Shown one piece after another: positions 25,986 through 39,601 of a stretch of 64,000 nt of DNA. The translations under genes were made by a program, and so were the position numbers. The stretch is from assembly GCF_001194135.2 (NCBI RefSeq), contig NC_068992.1:55266723-55330722 (forward strand), given 5' to 3'. The notes beneath the pieces are model-generated. The model did no database searches. It saw only the letters and a list, made by a program, of their open reading frames with translations, and had not been told where the DNA came from. The stretch comes from Octopus bimaculoides. Its lineage: Eukaryota. How positions within the stretch are numbered: the first letter of the stretch is position 1; every line of letters starts with the position of its first letter.

Positions 25986-26911
25986 ATAATTCTTCAAAAA
26001 TCACAATTATTTACGGAGACAGTTTTCACAAAGTAACACAACAGTATTCACAATAATTCACAATGATTCACAGAGCCGTTATACCGCGAAGCAGTTCGAC
26101 CGGCGTACTAACGTTTCTGCCAGCTCAAAGCCTTTGTAGAAGAAATAATATTGGTTCAGTTTTTGACTCCAAGCCGGCAAATTCGGGGGATGGGATAAGT
26201 CGCCTACATCGGCCTCACTTCTCAATGGATGAGAGGTAATGTCGGTCACTTTAAAGAAACTTGACGTGTCCATCTAATACAAAAATGCGTGAAGTACGCA
26301 TATGATGCGAAATGAGACGTGTACAAATACTTAAAGCAAAGCAGAATAGAGATGGAGAACGAATCACAAAGACAATATAACATGCTATACAAATATCCAA
26401 AGCTACGAGATATCCAACAAACCAGGTAGAAAATAACAATGGAAAAAATATATCTATTTCGTTCTGGATAGGATTTAAGTAGAACTATTAGGTTCAAAAT
26501 TCTGCTGCACTACTCACGCTGTCCCAGTAGAGACAAGAAAAATGGGCTTCAAAAAAACATTATTCAATCGATAAGATTTTATCTACATTCTGTAATCACC
26601 TGCGTGCGTGAAATCATAATATAGTTTTTAGTTTTTTTAATAACATAAAAATCAATGAACAATATGGAAATATAAAGCGATTTAGATTTGCAGTCAGTTT
26701 CAAAACTATTTACGCATATTGCAAATTCGATAACAAAAAATTATAAAATCGAAGAAAAATGAAGCTAAACAATCCATATTAGATGTAAAGAAAATACATT
26801 ATATAAACTGACAAATGCCAAATGTGTTTGCTCGCTAGTGTTGGATGACAGCAAAAATATAATACTGAAGCAGCTAACTTGTATAAATAGGCTTGCCTGT
26901 GTGTGTGTGTA

Positions 26912-26914
<3 letters not shown>

Positions 26915-27005
<91 letters not shown>
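26915..27005. repeat. (GA)n microsatellite
   Basis: Directly visible. Confidence 0.98.
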
Positions 27006-27007
<2 letters not shown>

Positions 27008-27215
27008 CATGAATGCGCAGAGTTGATTGAGTGTTAGAAGGATTTCTTTACAGAAATCGTCCAGGCTCCCTGCGATCTGGTTACAAATCTCGTCGAAGTC
27101 AACATTAAGTTTCATACTTTTGGGATAGATAAATTAAGTATCCGACCTCTACGAGTCCATCAGTGAATTGGGGGCTCGAGGTAAGGTATGTGCCAAAATT
27201 TGAAACCGATATTAC
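27006..27215 (+). mobile_element. SINE-A, highly degenerate
   Basis: gaagtcaac..gatagataaattaagta..gtgccaaaatttgaaaccgatatt. Confidence 0.65.
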
Positions 27216-27296
27216 TGTCTTCGGATATTTCTATGCCTAGTATTTCACATCTAGGTGTCTTGTTTTTAAGTATGTTTGGTCAGCTCTCTTAGTGTT

Positions 27297-27357
27297 GTTA
27301 GGGTTAGGGCTGTTTTGGAGCTGTTAGGGTTAGCGTTAGGGCTGTTTTGGGGCTGTA
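27297..27357 (+). repeat. Short TTAGGG-containing minisatellite (2 units)
   Basis: gttagggttagggctgttttggagct / gttagggttagcgttagggctgttttggggct. Confidence 0.8.
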
Positions 27358-28489
27358 TGTGTGACTCTGTCTATGAATGTATGTATCGATATGAAAAGGA
27401 TTCTGAGTAAAGCCGCCGAATTCTGCATCTTTAAGAAATAATCAATATAATTAATATTAACTTACACAATTGAATTTCTCGAGTATTCATATCCCAGCCC
27501 CAGAATTCATTCTTCTTCGCGTAACACGAATTTATTTTATTTGATGAATGTGCTTAACTGATTTTTGCCATCGCAATCCATCATGAGTTTCCTCAAATTC
27601 TAATTTAGCTTTCATTTGCATACAGCATGCGTAGTTTAGTATTGCCGTCTGTGATTTTAATTCTGAAAAGGGAAACTCAGATATGTATTGACTACAGTTT
27701 TTTTTTTGTTCTTTTTTTTTTTTGTGATCCTGGGTTTGATGCGTCGGTCGACTATTTCACCATAATTTTACTTCATCTAAAATCAGGAAGATTTTAATAA
27801 CCTGGTAAGTGGAAGTTATGTGATCTTTGATAAATATAATGATGAAATAAATCACAATGAATTTAGTGATATTATTTCATTGTTAAACACTGCTTTATAC
27901 TTAATAACAAAACTGTATTTTTGCGAGAAAATTAATTTTAAATTTATTGCAAAAATTTATATTTATTTTTCTCCTTTTTGGAAAAACTGTATTTGTTTAG
28001 ACAAATATATAAAAATCCTCATTTGAATACGTAATTTCAGATATTAAATCAATAAATGCATCGTTTTAAATCCTTTGCTGCATTTAAAACATAATTTTAA
28101 ATTCAAGCCAAATCAAATCCGCCATGCACCACATATAATGAGATTGAAAAACAAATTTCACGTTAGATGATAAAGGATGGAGGCGCCTCACAACTGCATT
28201 CACTATCTAAGATTAATTCCCCTCGTGGCTGCCTATATGCAAATCTCGTCTTCACGGTCTTCACACATTTCTCATTCATCAACAGCCACAAAAAATGAAA
28301 GATTTCTATTTCTGCATAAATCAACTATTTATTATTCTAAACACTTTCTTAAAGAAAATCAAAATTATATTGAATGAATGGATTTAACTGAAGATTATAA
28401 CAAAGGGGAAGACGAAAGCAACAACAAGAGTATCCTAATTTTCGAGTATTGTAAATGGTTTCTGGTTTTCAAAAAGGTAGGTTATTTGT

Positions 28490-28668
28490 AGGTAGGGGTG
28501 TTAGTCGAATCCATCGGCCCCAGCATATGACTGGTACTTTATTTTATCCACCGTGGAGCAAAGGAAAGCAAAGTTAATCCCGGCCGGATCCAGAACGTAA
28601 ATTTGACGAAGCAATTCCTGCAAAGCATTGTTTCTGCTGCTTTAACTGTTATGCCGGTTGGCTGTCTT
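28490..28668 (-). mobile_element. SINE-A, degenerate
   Basis: tagtcgaatccatcggccccag..actggtactttattttatc. Confidence 0.75.
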
Positions 28669-29079
28669 TACCGAGTACAATAAATAACGTAAAACATCAG
28701 CAATTGTAACAGAGAACCACGCTAATAGTTTAGGAGTGAAATTTAGGATTTCTCGGTTTTCTGTGAATCAATTTTGATAAAGCTTTTCCCAGCTGGTTTG
28801 CACGCTATTGTAACACTATTGCTATACTTTCATTATTCTGTACAACGTCATTTGTATTTCAGATTCTTCAGTTTTTGAGTGAACCACGCTAAAAGCATTG
28901 GAATGAAGATAGCCCAGCTAGACATTTTTCTTTTCAGAAAATGAAGGGTAATGATACATTTTAAGTCATACATTGAGTATATATTTAACAGAAAATCATA
29001 ATATCATGAGATTTATTGACATAATGAATTATTTAGCTATATGAGTGCCAAGTAAGAAACGATCCAATTGTGACAGCTA

Positions 29080-29760
29080 GGGATTTAAGGAATATTGGCG
29101 GCAAGTTACGTGGGAAGCCTGGGCAAACAAGCAAAACTATTTTCACCGCCTCCGGACTTCCACGCGTACCGAAACCATAAGAAATCGCATCCTCAGGAAC
29201 ACGGCTTCCGTACGAGAACCCCTGATACTGCCTCCTCACAAGAGTTGGAGGCTTTAATTGGCTCAAAAGTACATAACGTTAGACATTAGCTGTATTCTGT
29301 TCACTGACGAAAACTAGGACGGCGCTTGACGAAACTGGTGGCTGGTCAAATGGTTTGGTCTGTTTTGGAGATGTGCGTCATCAACGTTTACGATGTCAAC
29401 AACAGAGTGGAGGAGTAATGTTGTTGGCTGGTATCATTGGGGGCAGACTTGTTAGACCAGTCAGGGTGCCTGAAGGGTTAAAATGATCGCAGCCGAATAC
29501 TGCAATCTCCTGAAGGACGTCTTAGATCCCTCACTGCTGTCATTTCTAAGGAATCTCGTATTCGTGCATGACAACACTCTCTCACTCTGCTAGGCCCACC
29601 CAAACATTCCTTTGGTCTTACGGCATACAAGGTGAAAGATTGATAGTGTAGCCGCTAGCATCTCCGGATCTCACCCCTAGCGAAAATCTTTGGTACATCA
29701 TTAAACAAGATATTTATGCCGACGGACGCCAATTTATATCGAAAAATGTCTTATGAATGA
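29080..29760 (+). pseudogene. Decayed Tc1-related transposase, TRT/DD37E type
   Basis: AQKY..ILFTDE (29300-29311), GGVML.AGI.G..LV.PVRVPEG, VFVHDN..HSA (29561), GIQGERLIV*PLASPDLTPSENLWYIIKQDIYADGRQF (SPDL at 29661). Contains stops and frameshifts; no TIRs found. Confidence 0.9.
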
Positions 29761-30573
29761 GATGTCTTATTGGTAAAAGGTTGTAAGTTTGTTGGGATGA
29801 ATATAGTAGGTTTATCCAATCCTTGTAGTTGACCACGATTTTTTCAATCTATGAGGGCTAAAAGGTAAAGGGGACATTGATTGTATTCGAACTTCTGTAT
29901 ATAAAATGACTGTAATGCAACTTCTACAGACATCTGCTATCCACACTCACAGTAAAAATGTAAATAAACTACATGCTTTTGGCATGTAAAAGTACAATCT
30001 GAAAGACAATAACGATATGTCATTATGTCTATGAATTCGGATGCACCGATAATACTCTTTTAATATATTTCCGTAGAGCATTAGATTACATAAGTTTAAA
30101 CAGGCTGATTGCCGTGAGAGACAATATATTTTGTCATCAGATTTGAAACTTGAACGTATTATGGAACATTAATGAAACAGGTATATAGTTTATTGCATTA
30201 AAAGGAACATCATAGGCAAAAGCTTAGAATAAAAATCATGTTGCGACATGAAACAACGACAACAATCGTGCAATGCAAATATATTATTTTAGCTTTGTAT
30301 AGATACGATATTGTTATGTAATCTTGGTACAAAGTAATACTCTACATAGCAAGGCTTATGCTTTCTTGTGAACATGATCTGGGGTAAAGCACGCAATACG
30401 TCTCAACGTCTCTGCTCTCACAGTTCATCGTCTAGATGTCCTGTGTGCAACAAATGGAGCCCATTATGTTTCTCATAGAAACTTTATGTGTTTGGCTATG
30501 TTTTCCAATATATTCTGCTGAGTTATCTGAGTTATCATATGTAATGCCGTCTGTGTTTTCAAGTCACCAAATG

Positions 30574-30824
30574 GACACGCTGAAAAATATTCTTTTCTCC
30601 TCTAGGCACAAGGCCAGAAATTTTGGGGAAGGGGGCCAGTCGAATAGATCAATCATGGTGCGCAACTGCTACTTAATTTATCGACCCTGAAAGGACAAAA
30701 AGCAGCATCGACCTATATAAGGTTTGAACTCAGAACGTAAAGACAGACGAAATACCGCTAAGCATTTCTCCAGGCGTGCTAACGTTTCTGCCAGCTCGCC
30801 GCATTTGACACGCTGAAAAATATT
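30574..30824 (-). mobile_element. Full-length SINE-A with perfect 18-bp TSD
   Basis: gacacgctgaaaaatatt at 30574-30591 and 30807-30824. Confidence 0.95.
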
Positions 30825-31049
30825 GACATATATATATATATATTTATATAAAGGGCATTATTACAGAAAATAATAACGCCACACAGTGGACTTCTCAAAA
30901 TAACCACATTTAGGTACTAAATGTTATATAAATATAAACGAATAATTATATTCTTGGGAATAGAAATTTCCCTTATGATTTTTTTTACACACTGGCTTCT
31001 TGATAAAATTCTTGTAAAAGAGTTTTATCCCTTTTTGAATTTATTTATC

Positions 31050-31078
<29 letters not shown>

Positions 31079-31117
<39 letters not shown>
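31079..31117. repeat. (GATA)n microsatellite
   Basis: Directly visible. Confidence 0.95.
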
Positions 31118-31118
<1 letters not shown>

Positions 31119-32152
31119 CGCACATATGCGTTTGTGCATGTGTGTAGAAATATATATGTATATCAGTTTCTCTCTCTCACACTTTGTTGCATCTTGTTAG
31201 CCATTGGTATTCACACACAAGCTGTAGTAACTTCGACATGCAATCTTGTTCACACGCTTTTCTGAGTGCTTCAGCGCAATATCACGAAAAGGTCAAGAAT
31301 TCATTTTGGTAGGTTAGTTTACATTGTATCACATTGCTACAACTCTTTCTGAAATCAAACCTATACTGTCCGTTCAATTTTTCTTTCTCTTTTCTTCTTC
31401 TTCTTCTCATATATATCACTTATAATTCTTTACCATTAACAGAGAGCGTACACTGATGCTAAACAAAGTATCACAATTTTGAATGAAATATCTTAACGAC
31501 ATTTTTCATTTACGTGCTTAAGATCTTATTCTTGCGTCAACAACAAGATATATAGCCGGCAGCTATTTATGTTTCATATTGAGTCATACACACTTGAACC
31601 TGTAATCCAAGGCTATTAAATATCATTGACTTTGAAGTAAATGCCAAGCGTAAGTAATCTGTAAGCTATGTTGAAATTGCAATTTTACCTACATCATTTG
31701 AATTTTTTATTAATATCATTTTAATGATGTCAGTAACATAAGCTAACCCATCCTTGAATCCACTAGCGATGAGAAATCAGGGAAAGATGCTTATGAGAAA
31801 CGTTTGTGATTTAAGTTCAGCGTCAGCAGTTTTGACGGGTGACGGATTAGTTGATACCACTGACCTTACTACTTCACTAGTACTTTATTTTATCTACAAT
31901 GAAAGAATGAAAAGAAAAGCTGACATCGGTTTAAAACAAAGGTCTTTAAAAATGCAGAGAAAAGAACTGACATATCGTTGCATCCGAATGTATGACATGG
32001 ATTTCTGATCCTTTTATTCTCGAGGATTACGAAGAAAAAGAGCGGTAGTGGATGAATGAAAGTCAAAGCAGAACACCAGTGGCAAGACAGACCACCTGAA
32101 TAGTGGGACACAATACTCGATTTAACAACAAATGTAAACACACACACATATT

Positions 32153-32310
32153 AGGTACAGGAACGACTGTGTGGTTGAGAAGTTTGCTTCCTAACCACTT
32201 GGATCCACGTTCAGTCCCTCTGAATGGTACTCTGGACAAGTGTTTTCTACTATAGCCTTAGGCCAACCACAGACTTGTGAGTGGATTTGGTTGACGCAAA
32301 CTGCAGCGTT
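32153..32310 (+). mobile_element. SINE-B 5' half
   Basis: ctgtgtggttgagaagtttgcttcctaaccac..ttctactatagcc..cttgtgagtggatttgg. Confidence 0.85.
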
Positions 32311-32849
32311 GTTGTTCAGACAATGAACGAAGCACATATTTATAAAGAAGCGTTGTTTGTTTCATACCCCACGTGAACCGATACTTCCCACAATGTGGCT
32401 GTAGGTAATAACACCCGAGGAACGCCGTTTGTCTGTTTTGATGTCTTTTGATTAAGCTAATAAAGATTACAAATAAAATAATCAATTCTCCATTTAAGAA
32501 CAAAAGAAAAATTCAAGTTCAAAATGTCACTTCAAAAATTTGTGCAGCAACCAACGCCCGTCCTTTTTTCTTCCCTTTTTTCTTACCTTCATCATTTAAA
32601 CACCTTTCGGAGTTCCGTGAACTGAAAGATAAAAATTCTCCCTATATTTTTATGAGATATTTTTGAATGAAGGGTACTTGATTCCTTTATTCTTAAAGGG
32701 GTAAATTACTACATTATTTAAACTAAAATATTAATCTTTATCATCTTAATCAAAAGGCAGAAAAAACAGACAGAGAGAGAGAGAGAGACGCTCTCTTTAT
32801 AGATGACGATCAGTTGCAATGGGAGGAGTTGAATCTCATAAGAATGAAA

Positions 32850-33501
32850 AAAACAAACAATTGAGTTGTAGCTTATAATGAAACACTTTTAAGAACATTC
32901 AAATGCCACTGCAAATGTTGAAATCGTTGCCTCAGTTTGGTAAATTAAGTGCGTTATCAAATGCACGCTGAAAGAAAAGGATCCAGCTGCTGTTCAAATA
33001 AACAAGGATAACGAAATTAGACCATCCGAAGCAGTTGCATACATTTTAGGGTTTTCAATTCATGAATGAACACCACAGGTAGTGAGACAACAACTTCATC
33101 ACCAGATAAACAAATAATATTGCTCAGAAATAACGAGTGCATATATATGGCTGTCAATGAACGACATACGAGAATAACATTGATAGAATTATTTTCATTG
33201 GGCATCAATGATGATTTTGTAAAAACATTACTTTATGCTGAAGTACACATGCATTTCATTCGGAACAGTATCGTGAAAGAATAGTAAAGGGAAAAGCGAG
33301 GAAAAATGCTGAAGGCCATTTGAACGTTTTCAAAGAGGAAACACCTGGCCGTGTTTGTGTTGTCACACCAAACGAAGGGAAACTATCATTTAAGAATTTT
33401 ATTGCATGAAGATCGAAATAGTATTTTTCCCTTTCCCGTTGCGCATCGACATTTTCAACTTGAGTGGTTCTGATCCAACGGGTCACGGCGGGTATATTTA
33501 G

Positions 33502-33502
<1 letters not shown>
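32850..33502 (+). pseudogene. Decayed Helitron Rep/helicase fragment with possible 3' terminus
   Basis: NN*VVAYNETLLRTFKCHCNVE..SV..IKC.IK, PSEAVAYILGFSIHE*TP.VV, TLIELFSLGINDDFVKTLLYAEV, VFKEETPGRV..V.PNEG..HLRILLHE. These are colinear with recalled Helitron WVVPYN/HINVE/EAVWRILxFPIHER/FAKTLLYxEVP/LRLLL motifs. gcgggtatatttagt at 33488-33502 resembles a CTAG-T end. Confidence 0.85.
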
Positions 33503-33591
<89 letters not shown>

Positions 33592-34689
33592 TGTGTGTGT
33601 GTACATAAATATATATTATCACGCACGCACACACATACACACACACACAAATACTTGCATGTACACTCTCTTTCTCTCCTGTAACTAACCCATTGAAGAC
33701 TTTTACCCAAACTTCGATATAAAACATTTAAAAGAACATAATTATTATGTATCTCTTCCCTTTCCTTGTATAGATTCATTTTAAAATATAATAAATTTTG
33801 TAACGACGCTATTAACCAAAATGCAAACATTTACCATGTATAAGAATTACTATTTGTTATAACCTATATAATTATAAAGCTATATAATTATGTTGCTATA
33901 CAATTGCCGTGTTAAGATCAAATATTCCTTTAAATAGCATCTTTGAAAGAGATAAGTTGTCTTACATTAAACATACAACCATAATACGAAATTCCGAAAG
34001 TTGCATCTAAATGACGCTATAGATTATATCATTCTCATTAAACTACTTAATGTTCGTTCGCGGTAATGTTAAGTGTGATTTCTGTTACATTACACAGTTC
34101 TATATAATTTTACAAATGTAGTCTTTCAACATTAGTTAATTACAACTAATCAAATCTACATTGGGCAGGGTTAAATACGACTTCAATGATCAAACAAGAA
34201 GATATAATTCAAACGGAACGTAAACCCCATAGAGATTAAATATTCTTGAGGAAAAATCGATTTAAACGAATAGGATTGTATAAATCACCGATATGATTAT
34301 CAGGATCACTGCATAATTACTGATTATCTTGGAAGCAATTAGAGATTTCAGATTGTTGTAAAAATCAGTTTCTACAAAAGTATTGGAGATCAAATTGATT
34401 GTGTTGTTTGAAAATTGCATGTGTGTTTTTCTATAGTCCGCATGTTATTCGGTGGTTGTAAACAAAACTCCTTTACTACAAGATGTCTCCTATGAGCATA
34501 TAATCTAACTGCTGTAGCTGGCAGAGTCTTCAGATATTTGCTGTGTGACTTCGGAGCGTTCAATGCTGAATTCAAGATTTGTTACTAGCAGGAGTTATGA
34601 AAAATCGTTGGAGACATAGCGTTTACAAAGGAATTCTATCATCACTATACCAAAGTTGTTTTTGTTGTTGTTGTTGTTGTGGTTGTTGC

Positions 34690-34800
34690 TTTACTAAGCT
34701 CAAGGTTATCCCCGGATAGAGAGATCTACTATCAAAGGTGTTTCAACTAATCCGTCATTTCGTATTTCTATGACTAGATTATCTAATGTGTCTTTTCTTC
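34690..34800 (+). mobile_element. Interspersed repeat family D fragment
   Basis: gatctactatcaaagg..ccgtc resembles 44640 gacctatgatcaaaagcg..ccgtc. Confidence 0.55.
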
Positions 34801-34801
34801 T

Positions 34802-35008
34802 TTAACCCTTCAGTATTTAGATTACTCAGTCAAGTGTAATTCTGTTTTAATTTACTCTTGCCTTATCTCTTAGCTTTGAGATGTTGATGATGAGATTATA
34901 TATTTTTTAGAATGGCATTGTGTATTTTTAGAATAATATGGCTAGCTTGAACATAAAAAAGGTAGAATATTTGCGCCAGATATGGCTTGTTTGAAAACTG
35001 AAGGTGAA
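34802..35008. mobile_element. piggyBac-like MITE (TTAA target)
   Basis: TTAA-cccttcagt at the left end; actgaagg-tgaa at the right end (short TIR, decayed TSD). Confidence 0.7.
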
Positions 35009-35975
35009 ATTGGTGACATATGATTTGAAAGTATTCGCTTGTAATTTTTAGCAGTCCTTGTAATGGCGTATAGGTTGGCTTCTATATCAAAGTTGTTCAG
35101 TAATACGATGTGAAACGATCAATCATTTGCCAATTGTTATGACACATAATATGTACTTAGAACAAATAAACTAAGCTTTTCGGGTTCACATTCGTAAACA
35201 TGGACAGTTAATCATGGCTAATAGACGGATTATGTTAACACTGAGAAATTTAAGACTGCCATTTGATTCGCATTTCATGCGATTTCTATTTAAAACAAAC
35301 CACAGAAATAAAACAAAAAGTTGTGAATATATAATTTCTTGGATTTCTTCTTTCTTAAAATACGAAATCTCCCCTCCTAATAATGATTAATTACAGGTGA
35401 ATTTCCGTACATCAAGTAAAATGTATCGTATCATATGCTTTTGTACGTTCACAGTGTGCTTATTTATCCGAAAAGGCCTTCCTTCTTGTGTGTAGTCCAA
35501 TATCTTAATAATTCAACCGGCTGCAATTTTGTTTCTCACAGTGGAATAAAAGTGTAAATTATTAATATTGTTTCGTAATAATTCAAGGCTTTGGAGCACC
35601 AATGTCGGCTTCTCATAATATATCCATATCATATTGACATGAATATATTCTTCGCTAAGCTATACACAAGACAAGTGTTAAATTATCAACGATCAAGTTT
35701 ATTCATGTTACACATGTCCCTATACCATATTTACTTACTAATATAAAAGCATATATATACAGGGCTAATACGCTTTTCATTGTTTTTCTCATACGCATTT
35801 CTAGTATTCTGATATAATAGTATCTTTGGGTTGTCAGTTTATCACGCTACGCAGTCTAGCTTTTAGAGAAATCCACTCTGAATCCCTTCCCACAACATAT
35901 AATCTTCAGTAATATGTCTATAAATATTTACTCTGAATATTCAACCACTCTTGTCGGTTTGAAAGATCTGCACAA

Positions 35976-36150
35976 AGGGAGAATTTACGAAAAAGCAACA
36001 GACGAAGACAGGTGGTGTAAACAACAAATGGATGTATTAGTATAACGCTCGGGAATAGAGAAAGTCTTTCACGTTTCGAGCCTACGCTCTTCAAAAGAAA
36101 AGAACACAGAAAGAAACAAGGAAAGAAACAAGGAGAGAAAAAAAATGTGT
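35976..36150 (-). mobile_element. Family H repeat with decayed hammerhead motif
   Basis: Reverse strand reads ttttgaaGAGCgtagGCTCgaaacgtgaaag then tactaatacatcc..tttacaccacctgtcttcgtc..aattctccct. Confidence 0.85.
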
Positions 36151-36173
36151 AATGGTCAGCGATCCATCATACA

Positions 36174-36338
36174 ACGAGCTCTTTTCGATTTCCGTCTACC
36201 AAATCCACTCACAAGGCTTTGGTCGGCCCGAGTATATAGTAGACGACACTTGCCCAAGGTGCTATGCAGTGGGACTGAACCCGGAACCATGTGGTTCGTA
36301 AGCAAGCTACTTACCACGCAGCCACTCCTGCGCCTATA
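36174..36338 (-). mobile_element. SINE-B 5' half
   Basis: ccgtctaccaaatccactcacaagg..cttgcccaaggtgc..gactgaacccggaaccatgtgg..ccactcctgcgcct. Confidence 0.95.
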
Positions 36339-36573
36339 AGGTAATTATTTTTAACATTAACATTAATATTTACTTACTAGAGTGGCGTAGCCTATGATTA
36401 TTAGCCATAGCATTGTGTGCTATTTCTAAAAGGGGTAAAAAATAGACTTCACTAGGTTTAAGAAACAAAACGTAAAAGTAATTCATAAATTTTGCATGAC
36501 TCTTTTCACCGGTTAAGTAACGTGTGAGCTAACATTTCTGTGATGTTAGCTATATAAATGTGGTTGTTTCTAA

Positions 36574-36716
36574 TAAATTCCATTGAGGTCAACTTTGCTT
36601 TTCATCCTTTCGAGGTTCATAAATTAAGTACCATTTAAGCGCTAGGGTCGATGTAAATCGACCTACCCATACACACAGGTTTCAGACCTTGTGCCTATAG
36701 TAGAAAAGATTATTCC
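36574..36716 (+). mobile_element. SINE-A 3' part
   Basis: gaggtcaactttgcttttcatcctttcg..ccttgtgcctatagtagaaaagatt. Confidence 0.9.
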
Positions 36717-36770
36717 TAATAACGGCACGACGACAGGCATATTAATGAAAGAGACGTTCGATTTAGAAAA

Positions 36771-36862
36771 TTCAAGGTAGATTATTTTACTGAAATGGAT
36801 GGATGTTCTAATGTCTACACTCTTGATCGTCATGTGATAATGACGAAACTAGGAAAAAGTGC
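36771..36862. repeat. ~90-nt dispersed repeat, copy 1
   Basis: Matches 40302-40381 with 5 substitutions and a 12-nt indel. Confidence 0.9.
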
Positions 36863-38783
36863 TGCTTTCGCTTGGACTGGAAAGAAAGAAATGAGGAAGG
36901 AACTAAAGTTAGTTGAAAGAGAAACTTGGAAGAAACTTGGAGAAACTTGGAAGATGAAGTAAGATATAAATGTGTGTGTGTCTGTGTGTCAGTGATTCCA
37001 TTACTCGATTCCTTATTATTTTATTGCTATCCGCTAGAATATAAATTCAAAACATTGTGGGATGTAATTACGTACTTGAATAGTTTTTCTGTCGTATCCC
37101 TGATTCAGCTCCCTCACCGTCACTTCATGATGAAGCATTTCATCTGAAAGACATGTATTTCAACACAACTTCTTTATCAATGGTTCCTAAATGTCTCCTA
37201 TGGAGTTATTTACTAGTCCTTTGGCAATTCTGCCTATTTCTTAATGTTAGAGAATTACGTAGTAGTAGATATAACCTTCTTGATCCCCTTTAAAATGTTC
37301 CATAATAAAATGCAAATAATATTCACTTAGGATAAGACAGATCTGCTGACAAGATTGAAAATTTGGGCTTCCCTCAGTGTAATAAAATCAATTTGACAGT
37401 ATTAAAAGATATTAAGCTATATGCCTTTATCAACACTTATTTTCCCGATTCATGAATCCGAAATATTTTAACACGTAATGAGACAGGCTCTCCGAATATA
37501 CAATATGTTTCCGAAAGCCTACGTTCTTTCCTTGCCAGCAGCGTTATATTTCCCTTCCTTTTCTGGATTTTTAATAGGCACATCTTTTACATATGTTGCC
37601 ATAAAATACAGAATTGGTGAATGTCGACAAAATATAACCAATATTTAATGGATTTTTCATTAAGAATATAGAAAGCTGATTTTTACAGGATAATGTGATA
37701 TAGTTTGTTGATTTCAGAAAAGTTTATGCAGTTAGACTTGCAGCTATATGAATGATGTTGTAAGGCTAACCGACCAAAATCTTGTCGTTTCGCATCATCG
37801 CCATAACTGAAGAATGCGAATCAATACGTTTATCTCTCCGGTACTCAATCCACCTTTCTGCAGGTAAAAACATGTTTAAGTTACTTCTTAATAGAAAGGG
37901 ACGGACATTGGTTTTTCTGAAAGCTCAAATACACTGGCAAGCAAAACTGGAAAAGTGATGAGTCTTCCATATAATACATTAACAACTGTATGTAAAAAAA
38001 CCAAGTTTTTGTTTTAATCTTATTAGTGACGAAAGTAAGTATACAAAGCGCTTTTTAATCGAGAATAAAACCTGGGGCGTTCACTTAACTCGTCAAGATC
38101 TTACTTTGTGTTCTACATAATTATGTTAATAATTGCTCTTTTTCTCAATAGATTTTTACATTTACTTTAATAATTTCCGGAATCTGAAGCGGGAATCTGA
38201 TAAGCTTTAGCATGACTCCGCTCTATAGTTTAGCAATTTAGAAATTATAATGCGGAGTGTTTTTATTTATTTCTGAAACAGTTTCAGATTTTTCTAGATA
38301 TACTTTATAACGATGACACAATAGAAAATTTATTACAGTTGACAACGATATGGTGTGCGGTATGAAGACATTTTCCAAAGCATTAAAATATGTAATGACG
38401 TATAGCAAAATAGCTTCAAACTGCAATTGAGACCACTTTGTGAACGCAACTCGAAGGAACATACATCCTTTTATTAATTTATGTATAGAAGAAGAAAAGG
38501 ATGTTTTAAGCTCCTGTAGAAAACTTATTGTAGTAAATTATTACCGAATATATCATTTCATCAGGTAACTAATGGTGAGATTTCAAAACAGGACTGTGTA
38601 GGATATAAATTATAAGTCAGCTAGTTGAGGAGGTACACCTCAACTTAATCACGATGCCGTAATCAATAACAGCAATAGTCTATGATACATCTATTTCTTT
38701 CAGATATTTCCCAAAAGACGTGTTCCAAACATTATGTATGCATACATATATACATATATGTGTCTGTGTGCATTATATATATA

Positions 38784-38908
38784 NNNNNNNNNNNNNNNNN
38801 NNNNNNNNNNNNNNNNNNNNNNNNNNNNNNNNNNNNNNNNNNNNNNNNNNNNNNNNNNNNNNNNNNNNNNNNNNNNNNNNNNNNNNNNNNNNNNNNNNNN
38901 NNNNNNNN
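38784..38908. other. Assembly gap
   Basis: Ns. Confidence 1.
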
Positions 38909-38943
38909 CTATATATATATGCGTATGTATGTGTACACACACG

Positions 38944-38987
<44 letters not shown>

Positions 38988-39562
38988 CAGTATGACAACT
39001 CAACTGTAACGCACTCGTGGTGATTTCATATATTAATGGCTTTTTTTACTAAAAAAAAAAAAAAGAAAAGAAACACCTGCACAATGATCACACAACAATA
39101 GATTTCTTTTAGTTTCAAACGTCAAGTTCTTTATACGAGTTAATAGTAATCTAAAATTTATGATCGATATTTTTTGACCATTAATTTTATAAGCAATAAA
39201 AAGAATTCATTGCATCGAGGAAGAAGGAATCTATTTCTCTTCCTGTGAATGACTCAATAATCCTTCACATACATCTGCTGTCTCTCAGATAACAATTAAA
39301 TCATGGCAAATAGCGCACTAAAGGTGTACACTTTTTATATAACATATACAGAAGCCTGACTATAGAGACAAATATAGCTATAGTTGTTTTATTATTAAAA
39401 TGAAGCCAACCACCTCAATCACTGTAAGGTTTCACTGGTACTGTCATCTTTATTATATTTTTGAATTCAACAATCTATTTTCCTGATACACTAAATCAAT
39501 CTTATGTGAAAAAGTGCAAAAGTCAAAATAATTATTTCCTATAAAATGTTTTCGTTTTGTTA

Positions 39563-39601
<39 letters not shown>

